Source of the DNA: a virus
Lineage: Duplodnaviria; Caudoviricetes
Length of the DNA stretch: 64,000 bases
Reading direction: 5' to 3' (one strand)
IMG/VR virus record: IMGVR_UViG_3300037067_003053
Coordinates: 57,381-121,380 of that record
Part shown: positions 50,312 through 60,162 of the stretch, piece after piece
How the letters are laid out: the number at the start of each line of letters is the position of its first letter
How positions within the stretch are numbered: position 1 is the first letter of the stretch
Made by a program: the position numbers and the translations under genes
Notes under the pieces: model-generated
What the model was told of the DNA's origin: nothing
Seen by the model: the letters and a program-made list of their open reading frames with translations, nothing else
Database searches by the model: none

Positions 50312-51352
50312 ATGTTTAAAAACTTTATTGCGTCTATCCGGGAAGAAAAAGAAGGATTTTCTTTTTACAAACCTTGGAGACATGATGAGAAATCAATGAG
50401 TGTAATAGTTCCAATTATTCGAGAATCTAAAAGAAAAAGAGATTATATTACATTTGCAGAGGCGTTAACAGATTTTTCTGTTGTAGAAACAGGCGAAGTC
50501 GGATATGTGCTTGCTAAAAACGATAGTGAAAAACCGGTGTTAATAACACGTGGAGAAATTTTTGCAGGTAAAACACAAGAACGAGCAGCAATTCATAGTC
50601 ATATTGTTATGCCGCATAGTTCTTTGAGAGTAGCAGTTAGATGTATTCATAGAAGTCAAGGATTATCTTGTTCAGTATACATGTCGTATGGTGGAAAAAT
50701 ACCTTATGATATTGATTTGAGTAATCAACATAAAACATGGGGAAGCGTAACAACATATTGTTCCACTTTTAATATATCGGATGATGTGACAAATAAAAAT
50801 AATAGTATTGATAATTTGAATATAACATTAGGAAATTCTTATATTGTTGATAATATATATCATAACCCTTTTGGTGATATAATTTGGCACGACCCCATGC
50901 CGATAATAGATGGTATAAATGCATATGGATATAGTCGGAATAATGAACCGAAAGATAATCTTTATGATACTATGAAAGATATGTCAAATATGATGAAAAC
51001 TGCTTTAGAAAAAATGCCATATATTGATAATCAAGTTGGTGTTGTATTTTTAAAAGGAAATGATTTACTTGGGTTGGAAGTTTATGATTTAAAAGATTCT
51101 TGGGAAGCAGTTAAAAAAGAAGTAATAGAAAAAGAAGGTTCCAATATTCTCGAAGAATATTCTGAAGATATTTTTGAATTTAAACAAGATAAAATAAAAT
51201 CTTTTTTAAAAAGAAAATTGAATATTAATTTTAATGAAAAGATTGTTCATGAAGGAAAATACAAAGTTGTTAGTTTAATAAGTGATTCAGTATTAGGCGA
51301 AGGTACTATTTTAAATGGTAAAGTAATACATTTGTCTTTATGGAAGAAATGA
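50312..51352 (+). CDS. ARPP-1 / DUF6569-family protein
   Basis: V.ETG.V..V...N.S..PVLI..GEIF.G..Q.R, V.CIH, Q...W, QVGV, VIHLS. Confidence 0.72.
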   Translation: MFKNFIASIREEKEGFSFYKPWRHDEKSMSVIVPIIRESKRKRDYITFAEALTDFSVVETGEVGYVLAKNDSEKPVLITRGEIFAGKTQERAAIHSHIVMPHSSLRVAVRCIHRSQGLSCSVYMSYGGKIPYDIDLSNQHKTWGSVTTYCSTFNISDDVTNKNNSIDNLNITLGNSYIVDNIYHNPFGDIIWHDPMPIIDGINAYGYSRNNEPKDNLYDTMKDMSNMMKTALEKMPYIDNQVGVVFLKGNDLLGLEVYDLKDSWEAVKKEVIEKEGSNILEEYSEDIFEFKQDKIKSFLKRKLNINFNEKIVHEGKYKVVSLISDSVLGEGTILNGKVIHLSLWKK

Positions 51353-51514
51353 GTATTGAATCAAAACGAAGATTGTGGATAATGATGAGATTGGAGAGAT
51401 TTTTGGAGGAAACTCTCCAACTTCGTCCAAATTCTCTGGCAAATATGCAATTTGATGAACTAATTGAAAAAGCAGAAAAAACCATACAAGATTTAAAAAA
51501 TGAATTTAAATAAT

Positions 51515-51587
51515 AGCGGGATATATCAATTGGTAGATTGTCAGATTCATATTCTGATGGCTGGAAGTCCGAGTCTTCCTCCCGCAA
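51515..51587 (+). tRNA. tRNA-Met(CAT), initiator-like and degenerate
   Basis: A1xA72 mismatch; GCGGGA/TCCCGC; TCAGA-TT-CAT-AT-TCTGA; T loop TCCGAGT. Confidence 0.75.
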
Positions 51588-51601
51588 CTATGAGTATAAA
51601 C

Positions 51602-51674
51602 GCCACAGTAGCTCAGTTAGTAGAGCGGCGGATTTGTAATCCGCGGGTCGAGGGTGCAAATCCTTCTTGTGGCT
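51602..51674 (+). tRNA. tRNA-Thr(TGT)
   Basis: GCCACAG/TTGTGGC; GCGGA-TT-TGT-AA-TCCGC. Confidence 0.9.
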
Positions 51675-51967
51675 CGTTAATAAAAGAATGGAGGTGAGTG
51701 TCTTATGATTACGAAAATAGTAATTGAAAAAGACGGAAAGAAAACAAAGTATATTATCAAGGATGAACCAAAAATTGAGAAGGAAATTGACAAATTTTGG
51801 TCGGAAATGCACGATGAGATGAGAAACGCGTTCAAATTATTGAATTCTTATCCTAAATTTACTGCTCCGTCATTAAATATAAGTAATTTCTTTGGTTTTT
51901 TACCAGAAACTACTAAAAAAGACGAAAAAGATAAAGATTCTGCGTCAAAGGAAGTTAAAATAGTAGA

Positions 51968-52786
51968 GTGAGTGATGATATTGAAAAAGTAGACGAAACT
52001 ACTAAAAAAGAGAAGCGTGTAGTAAGAACTGACCCAGATTTCCTCGCAAAGTACGTGGAAAATGTCACAGTAGTTAGTCCGATTGAAATATATTGGACTA
52101 CTACTGACGGGTCCAAACCAAGACGTATATGTGGTGCTATTAAACTTGATGGAAAACGATGTTTAGACTTTGCAGGGGCTAATACCGACCATAATGGTGT
52201 TGGTTTTTGTAGTTTACACGAAAAAAGTTATAAAAAATTCAAAAAAAATTGGCTTGCTTTGGTATCCGAGAGTGCAAAAACCACTACTTTGGGCGCATTA
52301 ATAGATGTTAGTCAAGAGCAAGAAGTAAAAATAGGCGATGTTCAAGAGGAAATAAAATTAGAACAAGCCCTTATTCTTTGGTTTGTTAATAGTGTCGTTA
52401 ATCGTGAACCGGATTATGATAAAAATGGAAACAGAGTTCAATCTGAATTTACAAAAGATGATATTAAGTTTTTAAAAGAACTTAATATTGATATGATTAA
52501 GAGTAAAGAGGCTGCGGCTCGTATTAAAGGTAGTATGAAACTCGATGCATTAACCGTTAGACAATTTGCAGACCAAATACTTACATTTTTATTTGGTAGA
52601 CTTGTAAAAATGGTTGGTCGGACAGAAGCATATAAACTTGCTTATGATATGAATAACGAGGTGTTTGCACCCATGATTGCATCTTCGATGATTAGTGGAG
52701 AAATGTCACCATTGAGACAAATACCCGATTCATTAAAAGATATGCAATTAATTGGTGATAGGTTAAAAGAAAAAGAAATTGAGTAA
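51968..52786 (+). CDS. Terminase small subunit (putative)
   Basis: CGA....G..C...AG..T.H.G.G.C..H Zn motif; directly upstream of TerL. Confidence 0.65.
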   Translation: MSDDIEKVDETTKKEKRVVRTDPDFLAKYVENVTVVSPIEIYWTTTDGSKPRRICGAIKLDGKRCLDFAGANTDHNGVGFCSLHEKSYKKFKKNWLALVSESAKTTTLGALIDVSQEQEVKIGDVQEEIKLEQALILWFVNSVVNREPDYDKNGNRVQSEFTKDDIKFLKELNIDMIKSKEAAARIKGSMKLDALTVRQFADQILTFLFGRLVKMVGRTEAYKLAYDMNNEVFAPMIASSMISGEMSPLRQIPDSLKDMQLIGDRLKEKEIE

Positions 52787-54317
52787 CCAAGACCAAAATG
52801 ACCTTTCATTTATAGCCTCTTCTGCTAAAGATTGGCTTGATTCTCTTATAAATAGAGAGTTTAAAGGTGCTAAATTCTTTTGGACTAAAGATAAAGCAAG
52901 AGAATTTGCAGATGTACCAATAGAAACTTTATTGTTTGATGAATATTTTTTAAATGGTAAAAAATGGTTATATCCCGGTATAGTAGATACAATTCTCGAT
53001 ATATACGAACAAAGGAAAACTCGCAAAGTAAAAATTGTATGTGTTGCGGCAGGCTTTGGTTGTCTTCCAAGTTATACGCCAATAAAAACAAATAATGGTT
53101 ATGTTACCATGGAAAATCTTTCTGTTGGCGATAAAATTTTAGGTGTTAATGGTGATACCACAGAAGAATGTAATGTTATAAGAAAAATCTATTCTGGTAA
53201 AAAAGAAGTTTTTCGAGTTTATACAAAAGATGGTAATTATATTGACGCAACAAAAGAACATATATTTGAAGTGTGGATTTGTGAAAATAATATTGGAAGA
53301 TATAGACAAAATTGGTCGATAAGTAGTATTATTAATTATTTGTGTAATGATAAAAAAACAACCAATTTCATTAGTTTAATTAGAATAAATAATAATCAAA
53401 CTAATGAAATTACAGGATATAAATCTTTAGGATATATGGATACCTATGATATATCAATAGATAATAAAAGTAAATGTTTTTTATCTTATAATGATTTTAT
53501 AACACATAATAGTGGAAAAACCGAAGGTTTGGGTGCAGTTCTTAATTGGTTAAATTGGTATCATTTTTCTTGTAAATTTAAACCAGAATCAACCAATGCG
53601 TGCCCGCAGGAGTATTATGATTTAAAACCAACTTCTAAAGTGGCTTTTATCGCATTATCTAAAACATTGGAAAAGTCTAAATTGATTACATTTTCTGCAA
53701 TGCGTTCTGCATTTAGTAGTCATTTTAATCAAGAATATTTTCCAATTAATCCAAGAATTTTAAGTAGATTGGATATTCCGGGTAATAACACAATGGTGTT
53801 TCCAAATACAGCAACAGAAGCCGCGAATGCAGGTTGGTCTATATTTTCATTTGTAATGGATGAAATTTCATTTTTGCAAATAACAGATAATTCTTCGAGG
53901 TCTATCGGTTCTTCAAAAGATGTATATGACCAAGCCAAAGAAGCGTTTGATTCAGCAGAAGGTCGTATGTTTTCGCGATTTATGTATGATGGTATGGGAA
54001 TTTTAATATCATCTGTTAATTATGATGAAGATTTTTTAATGACAAAAATTCGCAAAGCATTTAGAGGAGATGTTTCGGAGAGCGATGTTTATTTTAAAAT
54101 ATTGTTACCATGGAAGGCAAATCCTGCTAAATTTAGTATGGAAAAAAGTTTTTATTTTGATACTAATAAATTTGAGATTATTAAAGATGAAAAAGAAATT
54201 GGTTTATTAGATAAATATTATGTTGAAGTTCCTATAGAACAAATTATATTTGGAGAAAATAATAATGATCCAAATGACAAATTATTGGAAGATTTTAGAA
54301 ATGGAAAAATAAGATGA
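52779..54317 (+). CDS. Terminase large subunit, ATPase half, containing a mini-intein
   Basis: Walker A GFG|SGKT interrupted by the intein; Walker B FVMDEISF; LISS motif III. Confidence 0.9.
   Translation: MSNQDQNDLSFIASSAKDWLDSLINREFKGAKFFWTKDKAREFADVPIETLLFDEYFLNGKKWLYPGIVDTILDIYEQRKTRKVKIVCVAAGFGCLPSYTPIKTNNGYVTMENLSVGDKILGVNGDTTEECNVIRKIYSGKKEVFRVYTKDGNYIDATKEHIFEVWICENNIGRYRQNWSISSIINYLCNDKKTTNFISLIRINNNQTNEITGYKSLGYMDTYDISIDNKSKCFLSYNDFITHNSGKTEGLGAVLNWLNWYHFSCKFKPESTNACPQEYYDLKPTSKVAFIALSKTLEKSKLITFSAMRSAFSSHFNQEYFPINPRILSRLDIPGNNTMVFPNTATEAANAGWSIFSFVMDEISFLQITDNSSRSIGSSKDVYDQAKEAFDSAEGRMFSRFMYDGMGILISSVNYDEDFLMTKIRKAFRGDVSESDVYFKILLPWKANPAKFSMEKSFYFDTNKFEIIKDEKEIGLLDKYYVEVPIEQIIFGENNNDPNDKLLEDFRNGKIR
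53061..53510 (+). mobile_element. Mini-intein (150 aa, no homing endonuclease)
   Basis: Starts CLPSYTPI, block B ATKEHIF, ends TYDISI...FITHN followed by Ser. Confidence 0.92.
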
Positions 54318-54490
54318 AAAGAGTTTTAGGAAATTGGTTACATTGGTATAAAAACGATAAAAGCGTAGGTATTTTACCAAAAGGAAAATGTTGGCATTTT
54401 AAATTAGAAGAATGTAATTTTATAACATGTAAATATTGGACTTTTTGGAGATTTTTTTATTCAAAAAATAATAAAAAAGGAAGTGATTAA
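54314..54490 (+). CDS. Small Trp-rich hypothetical protein between the TerL halves (58 aa)
   Basis: ATGA overlap with the TerL-N stop; MKRVLGNWLHWY...KKGSD. Confidence 0.55.
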   Translation: MKRVLGNWLHWYKNDKSVGILPKGKCWHFKLEECNFITCKYWTFWRFFYSKNNKKGSD

Positions 54491-54689
54491 AACGAAGATT
54501 TATCAAGCAGATGAGACTAAAAAATTAAATTGCCCAAAACATGGAGAAGTTTGTGGTAATAATATTCTTGTATTTGAATTTTTAAATAAAGATGGAACAA
54601 AATTTTACAATCATTCGTATTGTTTAATTTGTTTAGAAGAAGTTGTGTTTAATGATGTTTATTTATTAGAATGTGAGAGTAATGAGTAA
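54483..54689 (+). CDS. Small Zn-finger-like protein between the TerL halves
   Basis: CPKHG ... YCLICL. Confidence 0.6.
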   Translation: MIKTKIYQADETKKLNCPKHGEVCGNNILVFEFLNKDGTKFYNHSYCLICLEEVVFNDVYLLECESNE

Positions 54690-54930
54690 ATTTGATGGAA
54701 AAGATTTTTATGCTACTGTTTCTGCATTACGAAATTTAGGTGGTATTGGAATGTTTTCGGCGATAGATAAAGAAGCACAGAAAACAAATTTTGGAAATGA
54801 AACAAGACGGGTGTTGAGATACCTTGAAAATAAAAAATTAATTAAGTCGGATAGACCGCTTCTTCCATTAAGTTTAGAACTTAGATGGGAAGTAATTGAT
54901 AATGCTAAAATAGAGACATTTAAGGAATAG
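54673..54930 (+). CDS. Small winged-HTH-like protein between the TerL halves
   Basis: TRRVLRYLENKKLIK...RWEV pattern. Confidence 0.5.
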   Translation: MRVMSKFDGKDFYATVSALRNLGGIGMFSAIDKEAQKTNFGNETRRVLRYLENKKLIKSDRPLLPLSLELRWEVIDNAKIETFKE

Positions 54931-54941
54931 GTGATTTTTAA

Positions 54942-55943
54942 ATTCCGATTCTGAAAGTTCCATGGCAATATTATAATCGTGTAGAAAATGATCCTTATGC
55001 TACCGCACGAGACTTTTTTTCTATACCGAGGGGGTCAATATCTCCTTTTTTACCTGAGTTTACAAAATTAAAAAGATGTATTGATTATGATATACCGAAT
55101 CCGTTTAATGAGAGTACATTAACATTTGATTCTAATTTTATATGTAAAGATCGTATTCCGAGATATATGCATATTGATTATGGTCCCAAATTAAATGGTA
55201 CAGGTATTGCCATGTGTCATGTAATCGGGTTTAAAACGGTTACTATTATGGATACAGGTAAAGAAACAGAGGTAAAACTTCCATATATTAGGTTTGATTT
55301 TTTAGGCAAAGTTTTTGCGCCCGTTGGCGGTATGATAGATTTGGCCGATATACGAGAAATGGTTATATATGAATTAGCTCGTAGAGGATTTAATATAAAA
55401 CTTATATCGTTTGATAAATATAATACACTTGAATCTGTATCTATTTTAGTTAATGATGGTTATGCGTGTGATAATCTCAGTATAGATAGAACTATGTGTA
55501 AGTTAATAGTTGATTATGATAAACCAAATAAAGTGAAACGGGTATCTACAAATGGTGCATATATTGCTGCTTGGGATGCACTTAGAGAATCATTGGTAAA
55601 TAATAGAATTATTATGCCATATCATCCTGATTTTGAAAACGAAGCACGTCATGCTGAAAAACGTATTATGGGGGTAAAGACAGTAATTAATTGCCAATCT
55701 TCATCTCTTTCATTGGATTTACTTGAGGCAATGGCGGGAGCAGTTTATAATACTATTAATAATGAGATTCATGCAGATTTAAAATTTGACGACCTTGATA
55801 CTGAAGAAGATAAACGGGCGTCTATTTTTTACAAAGATATGGGTAGGTTTGGAGGTTCTGATAATTATTTACCAACAGAAGACAATAATCAGGATTTATA
55901 TAATGAATTGTACAATAAAGGTGGAGAATCAAAATGGACATAA
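54942..55943 (+). CDS. Terminase large subunit, RNase H-like nuclease half (probable ATT start)
   Basis: Frame open from ATT 54942 (AGGTGA SD 7 nt upstream, TAA at 54939): PILKVPWQYY...NDPYATARDFFSIP...MHIDYG...ISFDKY...LDLLEAMAG. Confidence 0.85.
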   Translation: MPILKVPWQYYNRVENDPYATARDFFSIPRGSISPFLPEFTKLKRCIDYDIPNPFNESTLTFDSNFICKDRIPRYMHIDYGPKLNGTGIAMCHVIGFKTVTIMDTGKETEVKLPYIRFDFLGKVFAPVGGMIDLADIREMVIYELARRGFNIKLISFDKYNTLESVSILVNDGYACDNLSIDRTMCKLIVDYDKPNKVKRVSTNGAYIAAWDALRESLVNNRIIMPYHPDFENEARHAEKRIMGVKTVINCQSSSLSLDLLEAMAGAVYNTINNEIHADLKFDDLDTEEDKRASIFYKDMGRFGGSDNYLPTEDNNQDLYNELYNKGGESKWT

Positions 55944-57904
55944 ACAAAATTTTTAAATTTAAAGTTGTATCTAAAGATAAATTATCATTTGAAATAAAAA
56001 AGAATACAGATGAAGCGGTTAGAAGTGCCGTTGATAAAGTTTCTAATGAATTACATCAGGATTTTAAGCAACGTCTTATTTCTATTAAAAGAGAATATTC
56101 AGATGATAGTAAAGGTGACCCTTTTTATGAGAGTCTTTATTCAACATATTATGGTAAAGATAATAAATATTCCGAAGAAAAGTTACCAGAGTTAATTAGA
56201 GAATCTGTTAAATATTCAAAGGCTAAAGGATATTTAACCGTTTATACTTCTCCTATGGAAATAGAACAAGAAGACGAATTACGAAGATTTGCGCAAATAA
56301 TATCATACGTGCGTGCGTTTGAAGACCCGGTTGTGGGTGCTATTCCAGATTCATTACAAAGATTTGTATTGGGCAGAGGTATTAAATATAAATGCCCAAA
56401 TGAGGATGTACAATTCTTATTAGATTTCTTTTGGCATTCCAATAATATGGAAATGTATAATAAAACATTGCTTTGGTTATTGATAGTTCAAAGTGAATAT
56501 TTCCCCCTTTATTTTAGAAATCCTGATACCGGTGATATAAAAGTACGCGAAATACAACCATTAGAAATCATTAAAGTGGAAACAGACCCAGATGATAAAG
56601 CATCTATTCTTTCTTATAAAAGAGAATATATGAATACTAAAGGTACTGCATATACTAAATATTATGCTGATATTAATTATTACGATATAAAAGAAAAAGA
56701 AAATAAAAAATCTGATTTTGAAGATAATAAAAATTGGCAAGGTGAAAACGTATTTGTTCAGTTTATTAAACTTATGCGTAATAGAGAAGTTAGAGGAAGA
56801 GTATATTTAGAGAGAGTTCTCAAATGGGCAGAATGGTATAAAAATTGGATTATAGATAGGGCAATCATTAATCATGAAAAAGGTCGTGTTGTATGGTTGC
56901 TTATTTTAAAAGGCACGCAGGACGATGTTTGGGAAAGATTTAAAACTCCGCCCGCAGGTGGAACAATTAAAATTTGTACGCCAGATAGAGAATGGAAACC
57001 AATAAATGCTAATATAGACGCAGATGATGCTAAAGAAGATGGTTTGTTTTTATTGTATCAAGTTGCAGCAGGCGCAGGTATTCCTATTCACGTGCTTACA
57101 CAAAGAACGTCCGAGAACGTGTATTCCAGCATAAGGGCGTCAGACAGTCCATTTAGTCAATTTATTTTAGATGTTCAAGATACTTTAATGGATGGTTATT
57201 TAAAACCAATGTTTAAAATGGTTATAAAATCATACATAAAGGCTAATAAAATCCCTAAAAAAATTAAGATTAAGAAATATGTTAAAGAATATTTAAGAGA
57301 CACTTTCAGAAGTCAGTATGATAGATATACTGAAGGTGAATTAAACGAACAAAAGATGCTTAGGTTTATTAAAATTTTAACAGAATCCGCTATAAGGGAT
57401 TTTGAAAATGATAAATTTTTAAAAGAATCTTCTGATTTATATAAAAAAGTAATAAGAGAATGTAAATTATTAGAAAATTCTTATACAAACGAAACATTAA
57501 AACTTTTAGAAAATTCAAATGAAAAGTTAAAACATGAAATTTTAGTTAAAGCATTTGAAGTATTTGAAAATGGAATTGAAGTTGAAATAAATACAGAAAC
57601 CATTCCTATTGATATAGTATTTCCGGATATGGTAAAAGAAAATATGGTAGATTCTGCAAGAATTCTTGAAATACATAGAAAAATGGGTATTGTTTCTAAG
57701 ACAACCGCGTCATCTAAAGCCGGTTATAATTCTGAACAAGAAAAATTCTTATTAAAAACAGAAGATTTTGGCGAACCAGAAGAAGAAATTGCTGACCCAT
57801 TGAAAGATACCGATGATGAAGATATTGATGATGGTGAAGAAACCAAAGAACCGTTAAAAGGAAAAACTAAAAAATTAGATAAGGAAAAAAATGCCAAAAA
57901 ATAA
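55934..57904 (+). CDS. Portal protein
   Basis: Follows TerL; FVLGRGI, RGR.YL...L.W...Y..W..DR..IN, GAGIP.H.L; acidic tail. Confidence 0.85.
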   Translation: MDINKIFKFKVVSKDKLSFEIKKNTDEAVRSAVDKVSNELHQDFKQRLISIKREYSDDSKGDPFYESLYSTYYGKDNKYSEEKLPELIRESVKYSKAKGYLTVYTSPMEIEQEDELRRFAQIISYVRAFEDPVVGAIPDSLQRFVLGRGIKYKCPNEDVQFLLDFFWHSNNMEMYNKTLLWLLIVQSEYFPLYFRNPDTGDIKVREIQPLEIIKVETDPDDKASILSYKREYMNTKGTAYTKYYADINYYDIKEKENKKSDFEDNKNWQGENVFVQFIKLMRNREVRGRVYLERVLKWAEWYKNWIIDRAIINHEKGRVVWLLILKGTQDDVWERFKTPPAGGTIKICTPDREWKPINANIDADDAKEDGLFLLYQVAAGAGIPIHVLTQRTSENVYSSIRASDSPFSQFILDVQDTLMDGYLKPMFKMVIKSYIKANKIPKKIKIKKYVKEYLRDTFRSQYDRYTEGELNEQKMLRFIKILTESAIRDFENDKFLKESSDLYKKVIRECKLLENSYTNETLKLLENSNEKLKHEILVKAFEVFENGIEVEINTETIPIDIVFPDMVKENMVDSARILEIHRKMGIVSKTTASSKAGYNSEQEKFLLKTEDFGEPEEEIADPLKDTDDEDIDDGEETKEPLKGKTKKLDKEKNAKK

Positions 57905-58559
57905 AATGTCTGGTGCAACACTATTAGAAGAACCTGTAGTTCAAGAAAAGAAAGTTATTGCTGCGGTTACGTTAGTATTATATGATACTCTTGAAAAAGA
58001 TATACTTGAAAAAACAAATATAGAAGATATTGAATATAGACCAACACCAGATTCTTTGTCTATATTCAATTCTTTTTTAAATGATGTGTGTATGTCTATA
58101 AATTTTAGTGATGTCTTATCTAAATATGTTGCAAAGTAGGTAGTTTGGAAACATTAAAAGATGAATTAAATAATGCAATAAGACTTACATCATATTTATT
58201 GAATGTGAGACGAATATATAATTTTATTACAGATTCGTCTTATTATTCATATATATGTTCATTAAATAAATTAGAAGAATACTTATCATTTGCAGTATAT
58301 GATAATTTTGATAGTCTTTTATCTATAATATACGATTGGGATTTAAATAAGCAAAGTACAATAGATAGTTCAGTTAAAAATCAACTAATTTCTAATCTTT
58401 TCATACAAAAAGTAATTAAAAAGTAATATTCTTAAAGAACTTTACTTTTTTGCTTTGCTTTTTGCGTATTTTATTATTATATTATAATCGACATTATAAT
58501 AATGTCGTAAAATATGCAAAAATTATATAAATTAATGTATTTTCAAAAGGTAGATAATT

Positions 58560-60146
58560 ATGCCATATAGCAAATTGTCTGATTTGCCAAATAATATTAA
58601 ACGTTTTCCTTTGAATCAAAGAAAAGCATGGATGGCATCGTTTAATAGCGCCTATAATTCTTTTGATCCAAATAAACATAAAGCCGCAAACGCCGAAGCA
58701 TATGCTTTTGCTGTTGCTAATTCTGTGGTTAAAAAAATGAGAAAATCTAAGAAAGAATCCCTTTCTATTTTTCCAAATGGTACTAAATTTACTACAGAAA
58801 AAGAATTAGATAATTATACATCTATAATAGAAACATTTCTTGAAATTGATGGAGATAATATGAAAGATTATAATATAGGTAATTCTATCCTTGCTTCTTT
58901 AAAAGAGGCTAAAATAGATAAAGATTCAAGAACTGCAGAAATAGTTGCTCTTGAGTCCGGTTGGTCTAAAAATGGGAATTATTATTCAAAACCGGTTGCT
59001 GAAAGTTTGGCACCTTTTTTATTGCAAAGACGTAAAATATATGTAAATCATGTTGAAGAATCGGAAAAGAAACTCGGAAGAGATTTATCAGATTGGGCGG
59101 CAACTGTTGAAGAAGCATATGGAAAAGAAGGAAAATGTCATGCAAAGATAAGATTTAGTGAAAATTTAAACGGAGAATTTTTATTTAAAGAATCTTTGAT
59201 TCATCCCGAAGAAGTTCAATTTTCAATTGATGCGCTTGCGAGAGCCAAAGAAGGAGAAGCAGAAGGTAAAACCGGTATTATAATTGAAAAATTTGCTATG
59301 CTTGATTCATTGGATTTTGTTGATTATGCATCAGCAGGTGGAAAATTAATTAAAGCATACGCGTCCGCGGCTGCAACAGAATTATCTTTATTGCATGAAG
59401 CCGCGTTGACGTTAAAAGATAGAGTAGAAAAAGATGTTGAAAAATATAAACTGCAAACCTTATTTTGGGCGTTTGTAGACTTTTTACATGAACTTTCATG
59501 GTCTTGTGACTATGATAATGATGCCGATAAAAAAGCGGCAATCCAAACATTGGTAGATGAATTTCTGGCAGAGTTTGGAAAAATTGATGTTATAAAGGCG
59601 TTTGAGTCTTTACAAAAAGTGGGAGGTAAAATGAACCTTGTTGAATTGAAAGAAAAAGAAGGCACTCTTTTGGAAGAATTTAAGAAAGAAATTTTGAATT
59701 CTGAGGAAGTAAAATCCAAAGATACTAAAATTACAAGTCTTGATTCAGAAGTTGCAAAACTTACAGAGAGTTTAAATATATCCAAAACGGACTGGGAAAA
59801 AGAAAAAGATAGTCTCGTTAAGGAAAAAGAAAATTTACAAAAAGAAGTAGATGTTTATAAATCTGTTGAGGAAGCAAGCAAAAGAACTGCAAAAGTTAAA
59901 GAGTTGTTAAAGGAATCTACTCTGGGAGAACTTGAAAAACTTCCTAAAAAGATTCAAGATGATTTGGTTAAATTAGAGAAGGATGAAGATATTAAAGAGG
60001 CTATTAAAGCATATTCTGAATTAAAATCTTCAATTACCACAGTTGTTACTGCGGCAGGAGTAACAACTGTTACAACTGCACAGACCGATGACGTTTCTTT
60101 AGCCAAAGATAATGATAAAGCGGCTAAAATTTTTAAAAGCAAATAA
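58560..60146 (+). CDS. ChaB domain + prohead protease + scaffold polyprotein
   Basis: ChaB-like MPYSKLSDLP...AW...FNSAY; protease GWSKNG.YY, YVNH, FSI.A, SLDFVD..SAGG; coiled-coil C-terminus. Confidence 0.85.
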   Translation: MPYSKLSDLPNNIKRFPLNQRKAWMASFNSAYNSFDPNKHKAANAEAYAFAVANSVVKKMRKSKKESLSIFPNGTKFTTEKELDNYTSIIETFLEIDGDNMKDYNIGNSILASLKEAKIDKDSRTAEIVALESGWSKNGNYYSKPVAESLAPFLLQRRKIYVNHVEESEKKLGRDLSDWAATVEEAYGKEGKCHAKIRFSENLNGEFLFKESLIHPEEVQFSIDALARAKEGEAEGKTGIIIEKFAMLDSLDFVDYASAGGKLIKAYASAAATELSLLHEAALTLKDRVEKDVEKYKLQTLFWAFVDFLHELSWSCDYDNDADKKAAIQTLVDEFLAEFGKIDVIKAFESLQKVGGKMNLVELKEKEGTLLEEFKKEILNSEEVKSKDTKITSLDSEVAKLTESLNISKTDWEKEKDSLVKEKENLQKEVDVYKSVEEASKRTAKVKELLKESTLGELEKLPKKIQDDLVKLEKDEDIKEAIKAYSELKSSITTVVTAAGVTTVTTAQTDDVSLAKDNDKAAKIFKSK

Positions 60147-60162
60147 TTGGAGGTGAAAATAT

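Noticed and set aside
51500-51812. ORFs 51500-51697 and 51588-51812 (also 15661-15852)
   Set aside because: They overlap tRNA or tRNA-like genes and are most likely spurious.
54318-54941. Group I intron or split intein between the TerL halves
   Set aside because: The space is filled by three coupled ORFs, I see no intron core elements or intein terminal motifs, and the C-half has its own SD.
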